A stretch of DNA of 14,753 nucleotides from NCBI GenBank assembly GCA_031414595.1, contig JANNVX010000013.1, forward strand, positions 1-14,753, in the 5' to 3' direction. A model generated the notes under the pieces. That model searched no databases, had not been told where the DNA came from, and saw nothing but the letters and a program-made list of their open reading frames with translations. The position numbers were made by a program, and so were the translations under genes. Below are positions 14,619 through 14,753 of this stretch, in pieces (position 1 is the first letter of the stretch; each line of letters starts with the position of its first letter). This stretch comes from Deinococcales bacterium (GTDB lineage Bacteria; Deinococcota; Deinococci; Deinococcales; JAAFIG01).

Positions 14619-14753
14619 GTGCAGCGTCGGATTAAGAAGTAATCTTTGGATACCTGTCCGCAAATTTCGTCCGAGCAGATTTGATCGAAAATTGCCAATT
14701 AATCTTTATACAGCGCTTATTCCGCTCTTTAACCCAAGTCTTTACTTCACGCT
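14619..14753 (-). mobile_element. End of an IS630-family insertion sequence
   Basis: The transposase C-terminus is followed 13 nt later by a TA dinucleotide (14617-14618), the canonical IS630 target. The + strand reads TA|GTGCAGCGTCGGA. The exact terminus is inferred. Confidence 0.75.
14632..14751 (-). CDS. IS630-family transposase, C-terminal fragment running off the right edge
   Basis: Manual translation gives REVKTWVKERNKRCIKINWQFSIKSARTKFADRYPKITS*. This matches the W...RN....I.WQF....AR.K....YP tail of IS630 transposases. Not in the ORF track. Confidence 0.82.
   Translation of the reverse strand, partial: REVKTWVKERNKRCIKINWQFSIKSARTKFADRYPKITS

Noticed and set aside
1-14753. Composite transposon formed by the two terminal IS elements
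   Set aside because: The ends belong to different families (IS3, IS630) and enclose essential pheST. More likely an assembly contig broken at repeats.

Overview
Bacterial chromosomal window, probably Deinococcus-Thermus. This is inferred from many leaderless genes with a TAnnnT -10 box 6-7 nt before the start codon, and from the style of the PheS/PheT proteins. It is bounded by two different IS ends: an IS3-family right end that truncates a cupin gene on the left, and an IS630-family end that interrupts a probable membrane-protein gene on the right. The core is a pheS...pheT operon. It is preceded by a sigma70 promoter, a leaderless 12-codon Phe-containing leader ORF and a terminator (candidate attenuator). 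It is split by three inserted genes, one of which is a DUF559 nuclease bracketed by 43-bp structured inverted repeats. A nucleoside hydrolase follows, then a tightly coupled four-gene operon (coiled-coil protein, membrane protein with a roadblock/longin-like region, Rab-like small GTPase, soluble histidine kinase), an AttH/CrtC-like lipoprotein and an OmpR-type two-component pair. The palindrome CTCGAG occurs about 94 times by manual count, against roughly 3-4 expected by chance.
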